DNA of 63,043 bases, the filler included, from Octopus bimaculoides (taxonomy: Eukaryota): the NCBI RefSeq assembly GCF_001194135.2. It is 6 parts of 4 records of this genome, joined end to end, with 100 filler letters (N's around TTAATTAATTAA, not from the genome) between each part and the next. Parts side by side here need not be neighbours in the genome. Positions count along the whole stretch, not along the records: positions 1 to 6,882 come from NC_068999.1; positions 6,983 to 18,772 come from NC_068989.1; 4 more parts are not named here. The stretch is one strand, 5' to 3'. Shown here one piece after another: positions 1-10,955 of this stretch (positions are counted from its first letter, which is position 1; each line of letters starts with the position of its first letter). The position numbers were made by a program, and so were the translations under genes. The notes beneath the pieces were generated by a model, which searched no databases, had not been told where the DNA came from, and saw only the letters and a program-made list of their open reading frames with translations.

Positions 1-41
<41 letters not shown>

Positions 42-88
42 TATATATGTGTGTATGTGTGTGTATGTGTGGAAGTGTGGATATCTTT

Positions 89-125
<37 letters not shown>

Positions 126-200
126 GCGTATATATATGTATATATACAATATATACATACACATATATGTATATTTATACACACACACACGCACACACAT
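1..200. repeat. (AT)n/(GT)n/(AC)n microsatellite mix
   Basis: Direct dinucleotide runs; these explain the YIYIYI-type ORFs. Confidence 0.95.
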
Positions 201-920
201 ATCGTATCATTTCTGTTTTGTGATATTTTTTGTCGTACATCCATGTTTTAATTTTTTTATTGCCGTCTATTTATGTTGTTTTTGTAATATATTTTAATTA
301 TTGGTGGTAGAGGTAATGGGGGTGGGGTTGTGTTGGCTGGCTGGCTGGGTGGCTCGCTGGTCGGCTGCGGGTTGGCTGGTTGGTCGTTTTGTTGTGGTAA
401 TGGTTTTTAGTCTTGCTTGTTAGTAATGATCTTGGTAGATTAATAATGGCGGTAGAGAAGGAGAAAGTTAGACAAAAGGAGAAAAGACAGGGGAGAAGAA
501 GGGAGAAGGGAGAGAATGGGGANNNNNNNNNNNNNNNNNNNNNNNNNNNNNNNNNNNNNNNNNNNNNNNNNNNNNNNNNNNNNNNNNNNNNNNNNNNNNN
601 NNNNNNNNNNNNNNNNNNNNNNNNNNNNNNNNNNNNNNNNNNNNNNNNNNNNNNNNNNNNNNNNNNNNNNNNNNNNNNNNNNNNNNNNNNNNNNNNNNNN
701 NNNNNNNNNNNNNNNNNNNNNNNNNNNNNNNNNNNNNNNNNNNNNNNNNNNNNNNNNNNNNNNNNNNNNNNNNNNNNNNNNNNNNNNNNNNNNNNNNNNN
801 NNNNNNNNNNNNNNNNNNNNNNNNNNNNNNNNNNNNNNNNNNNNNNNNNNNNNNNNNNNNNNNNNNNNNNNNNNNNNNNNNNNNNNNNNNNNNNNNNNNN
901 NNNNNNNNNNNNNNNNNNNN

Positions 921-970
921 AGAGAGAGAGAGAGATAGAGAGAAAGAGAGAAAGAGATAGAGAGAGAGAG

Positions 971-1005
<35 letters not shown>

Positions 1006-1025
1006 GATAGAGAGAGAGAGAGAGA
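921..1025. repeat. (AG)n/(AGAT)n microsatellite
   Basis: Direct repeat runs at a gap edge. Confidence 0.95.
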
Positions 1026-1361
1026 AGCAATGCAGTGCTGAAAAGATTTGGGTGGAAGTGATTAGAGAAGAAGAAGAAAATAGAAAGAAAGAACCAAGAG
1101 ATGTAGAGAGAAAAAAGAAAGAGGGAGAGAGAGAGGGAGAGATGTACGAGAGCGAGAGGCAAAGATAGTAGAATGAGGAAGTGTGAGGGACTTCGAAAGA
1201 GTGTAAGGGAGAGAGAGAGAGAGAGGTGGGGAGAGGGAAAGCGGGGGTTTGGGGAGGAGGAGAAAGAAGGGCGGGAGATGACAAACTATCAATGGAAGTG
1301 ATAAGAACAAAAGACACTGCATCTGTGGCAACAGCATCAACATCAGCAGCATCAGCAAGAA

Positions 1362-1454
1362 AAAGAAGAAGAAGAAGAAGAAGTAGTAGAAGAAGAAGAA
1401 GAAGAATAAGAAGAAGAAGAAGAAGAAGAACAACAACAACAACAACAACAACAA
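1362..1454. repeat. (GAA)n followed by (CAA)n trinucleotide repeats
   Basis: Direct repeat runs. Confidence 0.95.
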
Positions 1455-1486
1455 TGTCATGTTAATTGTTGCAAGGCCAAAGTGAA

Positions 1487-1792
1487 GGCGCGTGGCTCAG
1501 TGGCTCAGGTGTTAGGCCCACGTTTGTAAGGTCGTGGGCTCAATTCCGGGCGACGCGTTATGTCCTTGAGCAAGACACTTCATTTCACGTTGCTCCAGTC
1601 AACTGGCAAAAAAACGAGTGGTACCTGCCATTCAAAGGATCAGCCTTGTCGCACTCTGTGTCACACTAAATCCACCCCCTGAGAATTACATTAAGGGTGC
1701 ACGTGTCTGTGGAATGCCCAACCACTTGCACGTTAATTTAAGGACCAGATCAACTGGAACCCTCGTCATCGTCGTGACCGACGGAGTCCCAG
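1487..1792 (+). mobile_element. tRNA-derived SINE, family C (head ggcgcgtggctcagtgg, core gtccttgagcaagacactt, tail accgacggagtc)
   Basis: A-box and B-box-like head; body shared with copies at 16010, 37537, 43305, 49570, 54082 and 58345. Confidence 0.85.
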
Positions 1793-1939
1793 TTCACAAG
1801 GTCAGATATTTCTAAAGAGGGGGATGCGCTCTAGGGCCAATTATTTTTATGGATCCTGAATGAAGGAGGGGCTTTACACCCCGTAATTCCTTCTCCCAAC
1901 ACGATACGAACTTGATATTTTAAGCAATTCGCCCGTTTT

Positions 1940-2085
1940 AACGTTCTGAGTTCAAATTCCGTCGCGGTCGACTTTGCCTTTCATAAAATGAGTACCAGTT
2001 GAATACTGGGGGCGATGTAATCGACTTAGCTCTCCTCCCACTCCTGCAATAATGACTGACGATGTGCCATAATTTGAAACCAATA
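1940..2085 (+). mobile_element. SINE family A fragment (acgttctgagttcaaattccg...gtcgactttgcctttcat...agtaccag)
   Basis: Matches copies at 32300, 38248, 48368 and 55145-55756. Confidence 0.85.
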
Positions 2086-2385
2086 TATAAAAACTAAACG
2101 TAACTTCGTCTTTGGCCAATTTAAATTAGAAAGCTTTTAATCATAGACATGTCCGATCAGTATTAGTCTGGGCCTAAATAACAACAAGAACAACAGCAAT
2201 GCCATATGTAATTTGGTTCCCAATAACACGGTCCCGGGATCAGACAGAGAATTCACGGTAGATAGAAGAGTAAAGATAGCAGAATAAAGTCCACAGTTCA
2301 TCTTGTTCCGGTGAGTATGAATGTTTGTCCGTATTTACGCATAATCCCACCACCACCACCACCACCACCATCACCACCACCACCA

Positions 2386-2489
2386 GGCTATAGTAGAAGA
2401 CACTTGCCCAAGGTGCCACGCAGTGGAACTGAACCCGGAACCATGTGGTTGGTAAGCAAGCTACTTATCACACAGCCACCCCTGCGCCT
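2386..2489 (-). mobile_element. SINE family B 5' part (aggcgcaggagtggctgtgtggtaag head, cttgggcaagtgtctt CORE-like motif)
   Basis: Near-identical to 57604-57768. Confidence 0.85.
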
Positions 2490-2764
2490 ACATACATATA
2501 AGATCNNNNNNNNNNNNNNNNNNNNNNNNNNNNNNNNNNNNNNNNNNNNNNNNNNNNNNNNNNNNNNNNNNNNNNNNNNNNNNNNNNNNNNNNNNNNNNN
2601 NNNNNNNNNNNNNNNNNNNNNNNNNNNNNNNNNNNNNNNNNNNNNNNNNNNNNNNNNNNNNNNNNNNNNNNNNNNNNNNNNNNNNNNNNNNNNNNNNNNN
2701 NNNNNNNNNNNNNNNNNNNTATATATATGTATCTGTAACTTCATGTGTGTTCGTTCTCCAATCC

Positions 2765-2895
2765 CACTTGACAACCGGTGTCGGTGTGCATATCTTCCCG
2801 TAACTTAGCAGTCCAGCAAAAGACACCGATAGAATAAGTACTAGTGCCCCAGCATGGCCGCAATACAGTGACTGAAAGAAGCAAAAGATAAAAGG
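2765..2895 (+). mobile_element. SINE family B 3' part
   Basis: cttgacaaccg...cccgtaacttagc...ccagcatggccgc...tgactgaaa tail shared with copies at 30215, 37300 and 41510. Confidence 0.8.
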
Positions 2896-3204
2896 CATAA
2901 GCTGTTACTCATTATACAAAGTAATCGGTCGTCAGACGATCGTAAGTATTGGAACAATGCAATAGTTCCCTAAAGGAAGTTTTTATCTACTAATCACTTG
3001 GATAATTCCAATTGATTTAAACATACTATAAATGGATATATAACATATGCAAGATTCTATGGTATTTGAATTTAGTATGCAGAGCAGTCTTCTTTGCTAC
3101 ATGTCATAGGCAGGGTTACCCCCTTGGGCTCTTTTCGGCGTCCTTAGAAAGTATCATATAAAGCGATGATAGAAAAAGAATTACGTTGTCGACGTCGTCC
3201 ATAT

Positions 3205-3376
3205 TTTCGTTATCACCACCACCACCACTATCACCGTCGCCGCCACCGCCACCACCACTACTATCTCCATCACCCCCACCACCACCGCTGCCACATCCAC
3301 CGTCACCACACACCTCCATTTACCTCCAACCAATACCCACGTCCTCATCCCACCATTACCACAACCACTTCTCCGT
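3205..3376. repeat. Degenerate (CCA/CAC)n low-complexity tract
   Basis: Direct inspection. Confidence 0.85.
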
Positions 3377-4039
3377 NNNNNNNNNNNNNNNNNNNNNNNN
3401 NNNNNNNNNNNNNNNNNNNNNNNNNNNNNNNNNNNNNNNNNNNNNNNNNNNNNNNNNNNNNNNNNNNNNNNNNNNNNNNNNNNNNNNNNNNNNNNNNNNN
3501 NNNNNNNNNNNNNNNNNNNNNNNNNNNNNNNNNNNNNNNNNNNNNNNNNNNNNNNNNNNNNNNNNNNNNNNNNNNNNNNNNNNNNNNNNNNNNNNNNNNN
3601 NNNNNNNNNNNNNNNNNNNNNNNNNNNNNNNNNNNNNNNNNNNNNNNNNNNNNNNNNNNNNNNNNNNNNNNNNNNNNNNNNNNNNNNNNNNNNNNNNNNN
3701 NNNNNNNNNNNNNNNNNNNNNNNNNNNNNNNNNNNNNNNNNNNNNNNNNNNNNNNNNNNNNNNNNNNNNNNNNNNNNNNNNNNNNNNNNNNNNNNNNNNN
3801 NNNNNNNNNNNNNNNNNNNNNNNNNNNNNNNNNNNNNNNNNNNNNNNNNNNNNNNNNNNNNNNNNNNNNNNNNNNNNNNNNNNNNNNNNNNNNNNNNNNN
3901 NNNNNNNNNNNNNNNNNNNNNNNNNNNNNNNNNNNTATATATATACATACACAGACACATATATGTGTGTGTACGTGTGTGCTTGTGTATATATTTACAT
4001 TTATACACACACATATATATAAGGATGTATATGTGTGTG

Positions 4040-4066
4040 CATCTATCTATCTATCTATCCATTCAT

Positions 4067-4118
<52 letters not shown>

Positions 4119-4228
4119 ATACAGAGCGAGAGAGAGAGGAGGAGAGAGAGAAATAGAGGGAGAAATCGATAGATGTATACATAAATCAGTATATATAATA
4201 AACAGAGAAGCAGAAAGTTAAGTGGAAT

Positions 4229-4265
<37 letters not shown>

Positions 4266-4314
4266 GTAGATAGATAGATAGATAGATAGACAGATCGATA
4301 GATATATAGATAGT

Positions 4315-4350
<36 letters not shown>
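4040..4350. repeat. (TCTA)n and (GATA)n tetranucleotide arrays in opposite orientation around an AG tract
   Basis: Direct inspection. Confidence 0.95.
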
Positions 4351-4469
4351 CAGACAGGCAAAGATAATGGCGAATATGGAGTAGAGTTTAAGTACCTAGA
4401 AGAAAAGAGGATAGAATTAGAAATAAAGAGAATAGAGAGGAAAAAAAGGGATAAAAATGGTGGAGTTGG

Positions 4470-4675
4470 AGACGAAGAGAAGAAAGATGATGGAGATGAT
4501 AATTATGGTGATGATGATGATGATGATCTCGAGGCTTATGGCGATGATGGTGATGGTGATGATGATGATGATGATGGCGTTGGTGGTGAGGATGAGGTTG
4601 AGAAGGAGGGGATGGAAGAGAAGAGGAGGGTGAAGTAGAAGGAGAGGTTGGTGGTGGCGGTGATGATGTTGTTGT

Positions 4676-4707
<32 letters not shown>

Positions 4708-5066
4708 GCGATGGTGGTGGTGAGAGAAGCGAGTAGAGAAGGAAAAGAAGAAGAGGAAGGAGAGGAAGAATAAGAATAAGAGGACGAAGGGAAGAAAGGA
4801 AAGAAGGAGAAAATAACGAAGAAGAAGAAGAAGAAGAAGAAGAAGAAGAAGAAGATGTTGATGATGATGATAATGATGATGATGATGATGGTGTTGATGA
4901 TAGTGAAGAACAAAAAGAAGAGAAGAAAAAGAAACTAATGGAGAAGATGATGATGATGTTGATGATGTTGATGAAGAAGAAGAAGAAGAAGAAGAAGAAG
5001 AAGAAGAAGAAGAAGAAGAAGAAGAAGAAGAAATAGAAGAAAAAGAAGAAGAAATAGAAGAAAAAG

Positions 5067-5098
<32 letters not shown>

Positions 5099-5232
5099 GA
5101 AGAAGAAAAAGAAGAAGTAGAAGAAAAACAATAGCGAAGATGATAATGTTGATGATGATGATGAAGAAGGAAAGAAGAGGAAGGAGAAGAAAATAATGAA
5201 GAAGAAGAAGAAAAAGAAGAGGAGGAGGAAGA
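4470..5232. repeat. Compound (GAT)n/(GGT)n/(GAA)n trinucleotide region
   Basis: Direct inspection; source of the poly-S/F/H ORFs. Confidence 0.95.
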
Positions 5233-5466
5233 GAGGGACACTTGGCCATAACAGCATACAATGCCTAAGCTCGTAACTTTTCAGAATTATTTCTCAGGGC
5301 CTTTTGTATTGAAAACGAGGCACACACAGCTTCTCTCTCAATAGAACACAGTATCAAAGCCGTCTACGAACGCGTTTCATGATTCTATATCTTTGACTAT
5401 GCTATTGCAGAGCTAGCAACGACGCATAATTTCACTAATTGATGGATATTCCTCGTTCTATTGTAG

Positions 5467-5515
5467 AAATATTCGAACAGATAAAAGAGCGTTTTACAAA
5501 TTACGATCGTCTATA
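5467..5515 (+). CDS. Possible 49-nt internal exon (EIFEQIKERFTNYDRL), unassigned
   Basis: Acceptor ctcgttctattgtag, donor gtaagt and an open, protein-like frame; no homology known. Confidence 0.2.
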
Positions 5516-6381
5516 GTAAGTGAAGACATGGCCACATTCATAAGTTGGTAGGCTCTTTGTCCGAAAGTAAATGAGCGCCATTGAACACCGAGTTTCTCTC
5601 TCGAAGCTAAAACCGAACAGAAGTGATTGTATGGTACTTCTTAATAATAACGGCATCCGATTTCTGAGAGACAGCCGTTTGCAGTGGTGCATACGACCGC
5701 CCACATACACACACATAGCAGACACGCACATACATACATGCACGCATGCATGAATACATAAATACATACACACAAGCATATATATATATATATATATATA
5801 TATGCATGTATATATATATATNNNNNNNNNNNNNNNNNNNNNNNNNNNNNNNNNNNNNNNNNNNNNNNNNNNNNNNNNNNNNNNNNNNNNNNNNNNNNNN
5901 NNNNNNNNNNNNNNNNNNNNNNNNNNNNNNNNNNNNNNNNNNNNNNNNNNNNNNNNNNNNNNNNNNNNNNNNNNNNNNNNNNNNNNNNNNNNNNNNNNNN
6001 NNNNNNNNNNNNNNNNNNNNNNNNNNNNNNNNNNNNNNNNNNNNNNNNNNNNNNNNNNNNNNNNNNNNNNNNNNNNNNNNNNNNNNNNNNNNNNNNNNNN
6101 NNNNNNNNNNNNNNNNNNNNNNNNNNNNNNNNNNNNNNNNNNNNNNNNNNNNNNNNNNNNNNNNNNNNNNNNNNNNNNNNNNNNNNNNNNNNNNNNNNNN
6201 NNNNCTCTTCCTCCTCCTCTTCCTCTTCCTCCTCCTTTACCTCTTCTTCCCCTTCCACTACCAGCATAAATGATCTTGGTACATTAAATTTCATAAACAA
6301 TAAAATAGAGAGAGAGACAGACAGACAGAGAGGGAGAGAAAGAGATAGGGAGGGATAGTATGTGTGCGCGCGTGTGTGAGC

Positions 6382-6430
<49 letters not shown>

Positions 6431-6841
6431 GTGTTGGTTTGAAGACTTCAAGAACACCAGAACACCAGCTGCAACGGAAGAAGGAAGGATAAGCACAAGA
6501 CACAGAGAGATACGCAGAGAGTGGACAGAATGAAAAGAAACTCAGGTGCGTGCGTGCGTACGTGCGTGCGTGTGTGCGCGCGCGCGCGTGTGTGTATGTG
6601 TGTGTGCTGAGAGCTGTTTGTATTGGGGGAAAAAGAAAAATACCAGGTCCTACTATTGTGAATAAGGAATGTTCATGTGAATATGTGTGTATTGACACAC
6701 ACTTGTCTTTATGTGTGCATATATGTACGTATGTATGTATGTACGTATATGTGCATGTATATATATATATATATATATATATGCATATTCATACACACAC
6801 ATACAGATATCGATACTTATATATAACGACGCACATATATA

Positions 6842-6882
<41 letters not shown>

Positions 6883-6982
6883 NNNNNNNNNNNNNNNNNN
6901 NNNNNNNNNNNNNNNNNNNNNNNNNNTTAATTAATTAANNNNNNNNNNNNNNNNNNNNNNNNNNNNNNNNNNNNNNNNNNNN
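6883..6982. other. Artificial scaffold spacer 44N-TTAATTAATTAA-44N
   Basis: Exactly 100 bp; palindromic six-frame-stop 12-mer; the same construct occurs five times. Confidence 0.95.
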
Positions 6983-7058
6983 TGGATGTATTCCACTGAA
7001 ATTAAATAAATAACCTTCCTACAGACAGTCAGTAGCGACGCCCGCTGGGTTCGGCTGC

Positions 7059-7105
7059 TCTGCACTGACAAGGGGCAACACCCTGAAACTAGTCTAGTCT
7101 GCAGA
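7059..7105 (+). ncRNA. Decayed minimal hammerhead ribozyme at the 5' side of the Penelope remnant
   Basis: tctgca-CTGACAA-GGGGcaacaCCCT-GAAAC-ta-GTC-(tagtc duplicated)-tgcaga; core G8 to A and a 5-bp duplication. Confidence 0.6.
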
Positions 7106-7169
7106 TGCCAAACCAGCAAGGGGGAGCTGCTGACCTCCCATGTTCGAAGGTTATAAAGGACACAGATTC

Positions 7170-8450
7170 GTGTGTCACATAGCTAGCTAGAGGCGATGGC
7201 CTCTTGGAGCTAATCCACGGCAGCATTCGTCCTAATTTTGGGACTGCCATGTTGGCTTGGCGATAATTATTAATATCCAGTACCGCTGCCGTAGTCTCCT
7301 TTAGAGAGACTTAGAAATATTAATATCTCCAACTACTAGGTAGATTTTCAGCAACAAATTTGCCTATATTTTCCCATGCGTTGAATGTTTATCTAAGAGA
7401 TACACGTTATGGTCACACCGGTGATAGAGCCAGTAGCTACTAATCTCTGTATAGTTGATTATTTAGATGTTTCCCTAGAGCTGAACTCCTCCTCGTATAA
7501 AACTTTCTTAAGCCCAATGAGAGACTCACATATATGCATAAACAGTCTTGTCACCTTCCAGTAGTCTTTAAAAATCTTATAGCTTATATAATCAAGAGAT
7601 TGTCTAAGCTTTCAAAGACATTTTCGACATAACTGCCTCTACTATAACAAGGCCCTAACCAATAATGTCTTCAAGGATGTATTAATATATAATCCCTCTG
7701 TTACTCAAAATATTAATAATAGATCTAGTAGCATCAAAAATAAAGTAGTACCTAACCACGCTAGTATTAATTAAGATAATAAGAATTCAAAAGTTAAGTC
7801 AAGGAAAATTATTTGCCTTGCTCCCCCCATTTCCCCTTAATATAAAAACTAACATTGGTAAAAGATTCCTGTCACTTCCAGACAAACACTTTCCAGCTAC
7901 TCGCAGATACAGGAAAATATACACTAGGAGTTCCGTGAAATTATCATATAGCTGCTGCCCAAATATGAACAGTACCTTTACACGTGATCAACACCAAGAA
8001 CCAAAATCCAGCTGCAACTCTCGTGATCCAGGATCCTGCCCCCTTGACCAACGATGTAAGATTAAATCTATCATATGTGAGCCAGAAGTTACTACCACTC
8101 TAAATAATAATACAAATGATAAGAAGACCTATATTGGATTATGTGAAGGAAGATTTAAAAAAGGGTATGCCAATCACAAAGGTTCCTTCCGATATAGGGG
8201 CAAAAGTAAAGCTACTAAGTTGTCTAGCTACGTATGAACTCTGAAGATAACGAAACGGCGCATGTGATTAAATGGAAAGTAATTGAGAAATCAAAACCAT
8301 ATGTGAAATAATCGAATAAATGTAGACTTCTTTTTGGCTGAAAGAGCACAGATCTTGTTCAGATCAAAGATCCCTTGCTCTCTATTGAACTCCAGGTCAA
8401 AAATTTTCAGTGGTTTCATGCATATATGTAAATATATTTTGAAGAATTAA
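7170..8450 (+). mobile_element. Penelope-like element remnant (RT plus GIY-YIG endonuclease), frameshifted
   Basis: RT-like VATNLCIVDYLDVSLELNSSSYKTFLKPN; then CNSRDPGSCPLDQRC...KTYIGLCEGRFKKGYANHKGSF...TKLSSYV, typical of the PLE GIY-YIG domain. Confidence 0.9.
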
Positions 8451-8625
8451 AAACTTCCGATTATTCCTTACTGACTTGATATGTTTCTGGCCTTATCACT
8501 TGGATTTCGTTTTCCGTTTTTCGTTTTCCGTTCTTTACTGTCTACGTTTTCTATACGCTACCTTCTCAGCTTCATCGCGTTTCTTCTATTTATTCAATTT
8601 TTTAGTTCGTCATGATATGTAATTT

Positions 8626-8678
8626 GCGTCTGAAGGTTATGTTTGAGTTCTCTCAACATATGAAAATGTTAGTAACGC
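8626..8678 (+). ncRNA. Strongly decayed hammerhead-like motif 3' of the Penelope remnant
   Basis: gcgt-CTGAAGG-[atgtttgag/ctcaacat hairpin]-GAAA...GTA-acgc; helix III broken. Confidence 0.35.
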
Positions 8679-8869
8679 TTTAACACATGTATTGTAACCT
8701 TTAAATAATAACATTCATCTCTCACCAGATGGAGTAATTTTTTGATGAATTTTTCTATCACGGATCAGTAATTTTAATATATATACATACATGCACACAT
8801 ACATACATACATGCATGCATACATACATACATACATACATGCATTTATATATATATATATATATATATA

Positions 8870-9087
8870 AACAATATATGAGTACATGCATATATATGTA
8901 CATGTATGTATATACGTTCATCTACATGTATATATAAATACATAACTGGGTACATGACGTGGCAAAAGAACAAGGACAAAATGGTAAACAAGGTGCAACA
9001 AACAAGCAGGCCACATACAAACATCCCCTTCATCAGCTGCCACCATTACAATTCCGGCGTTTCGAAGAATTGAGGCAGTACGCATCG
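8870..9087 (+). repeat. Dispersed repeat related to 13850-14040 (probably a PLE-associated terminal sequence)
   Basis: Shared atgagta(c/t)atgcatatata...ctgggtaca(t/g)gac...caa(g)gccacata layout. Confidence 0.6.
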
Positions 9088-10609
9088 NNNNNNNNNNNNN
9101 NNNNNNNNNNNNNNNNNNNNNNNNNNNNNNNNNNNNNNNNNNNNNNNNNNNNNNNNNNNNNNNNNNNNNNNNNNNNNNNNNNNNNNNNNNNNNNNNNNNN
9201 NNNNNNNNNNNNNNNNNNNNNNNNNNNNNNNNNNNNNNNNNNNNNNNNNNNNNNNNNNNNNNNNNNNNNNNNNNNNNNNNNNNNNNNNNNNNNNNNNNNN
9301 NNNNNNNNNNNNNNNNNNNNNNNNNNNNNNNNNNNNNNNNNNNNNNNNNNNNNNNNNNNNNNNNNNNNNNNNNNNNNNNNNNNNNNNNNNNNNNNNNNNN
9401 NNNNNNNNNNNNNNNNNNNNNNNNNNNNNNNNNNNNNNNNNNNNNNNNNNNNNNNNNNNNNNNNNNNNNNNNNNNNNNNNNNNNNNNNNNNNNNNNNNNN
9501 NNNNNNNNNNNNNNNNNNNNNNNNNNNNNNNNNNNNNNNNNNNNNNNNNNNNNNNNNNNNNNNNNNNNNNNNNNNNNNNNNNNNNNNNNNNNNNNNNNNN
9601 NNNNNNNNNNNNNNNNNNNNNNNNNNNNNNNNNNNNNNNNNNNNNNNNNNNNNNNNNNNNNNNNNNNNNNNNNNNNNNNNNNNNNNNNNNNNNNNNNNNN
9701 NNNNNNNNNNNNNNNNNNNNNNNNNNNNNNNNNNNNNNNNNNNNNNNNNNNNNNNNNNNNNNNNNNNNNNNNNNNNNNNNNNNNNNNNNNNNNNNNNNNN
9801 NNNNNNNNNNNNNNNNNNNNNNNNNNNNNNNNNNNNNNNNNNNNNNNNNNNNNNNNNNNNNNNNNNNNNNNNNNNNNNNNNNNNNNNNNNNNNNNNNNNN
9901 NNNNNNNNNNNNNNNNNNNNNNNNNNNNNNNNNNNNNNNNNNNNNNNNNNNNNNNNNNNNNNNNNNNNNNNNNNNNNNNNNNNNNNNNNNNNNNNNNNNN
10001 NNNNNNNNNNNNNNNNNNNNNNNNNNNNNNNNNNNNNNNNNNNNNNNNNNNNNNNTAGAGTGAGAACGAAAAAGAAAGTGGAGAGAAAAATAAAAATGTG
10101 TTGGGATTAAAGGTTCAACATGATGAATTTTAGTGCGTGTGTGTGAATGTGTGTGTATTCGCTTGCGTGTGTGCGTGTGTGTTTGTTTATGTGTGTGTAT
10201 GTGTGTATGTTTGAGTGTGTGTGCGTGGGGGGAACTTTAGGTTAGTTAAAATATGTTTGTGCGTTATTCCATCTTCTCAATGGAAATTCACTGAACTTAC
10301 CATGAAGATTTTTCTCTAATGGTAATGTTGTAGAAGAACCATATCATCTCAGTGTTGGCTCCTGTCGGATTCCCAGACGCTTTCATTCTAGCTCTTTAGC
10401 TGTTATCATTTGAAAATACGAAGAGTGGTAACTCTGGAGAGATCTAAAGCCGTAGATTTAACCAATACACAGTCAACATTGACCGAGTTGTGGTATTAGA
10501 CCGCCAGGTGGGAAGAAATTGAATAATATCACTACTGCAGCGTCGGAAAGGCCGAGAATGCGCAGAGCTGAGCAGATATTGTAATTTAACACCTGGTACT
10601 ATAATAATT

Positions 10610-10720
10610 CTTTTCTCGACGATCACTGCAGTGAGTTTGCATTTAGAAGTTGAAATATATCACAAATATATCTTAATTAACCTAAAGTGCTCATATGCGT
10701 AAACTGCCTGGCGCTAATAC
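10610..10720 (+). repeat. Dispersed repeat, copy 1 of 3 (others at 10855-10955 and 60810-60920)
   Basis: ttttctc..c..taactgcagtga.tttgc.tttagaagtt.aaat...aaa.atat.ttaa. Confidence 0.7.
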
Positions 10721-10854
10721 TACTCAGTTTCTTCCGACCTTGCCGTTTAATATCACAACTCACTCAATATTATTCACTGTGTTTTAGTAAAAGCTACTGC
10801 TTTAGATATTTTGAAAGTTACATCTCTTGACACTTTTTACTAGAAGACAGAAAT

Positions 10855-10955
10855 TTTTTTCTCCACCGTAACTGCAGTGAATTTGCGTTTAGAAGTTAAA
10901 ATGTCGGAAACATATTTTAACTGACCCAAATTTCGCTTATGCCTAAACACTGTAT
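10855..10955 (+). repeat. Dispersed repeat, copy 2 of 3
   Basis: Same motif as 10610 and 60810. Confidence 0.7.

Noticed and set aside
49-6938. Long ORFs rich in YIYI, LSLS, poly-S, poly-H or X in the ORF track (also throughout the window)
   Set aside because: They are translations of microsatellites and N gaps, not genes
8244-8265. CTGAAGA-taac-GAAAC as a hammerhead
   Set aside because: No helix II is possible, and it lies within the PLE coding remnant
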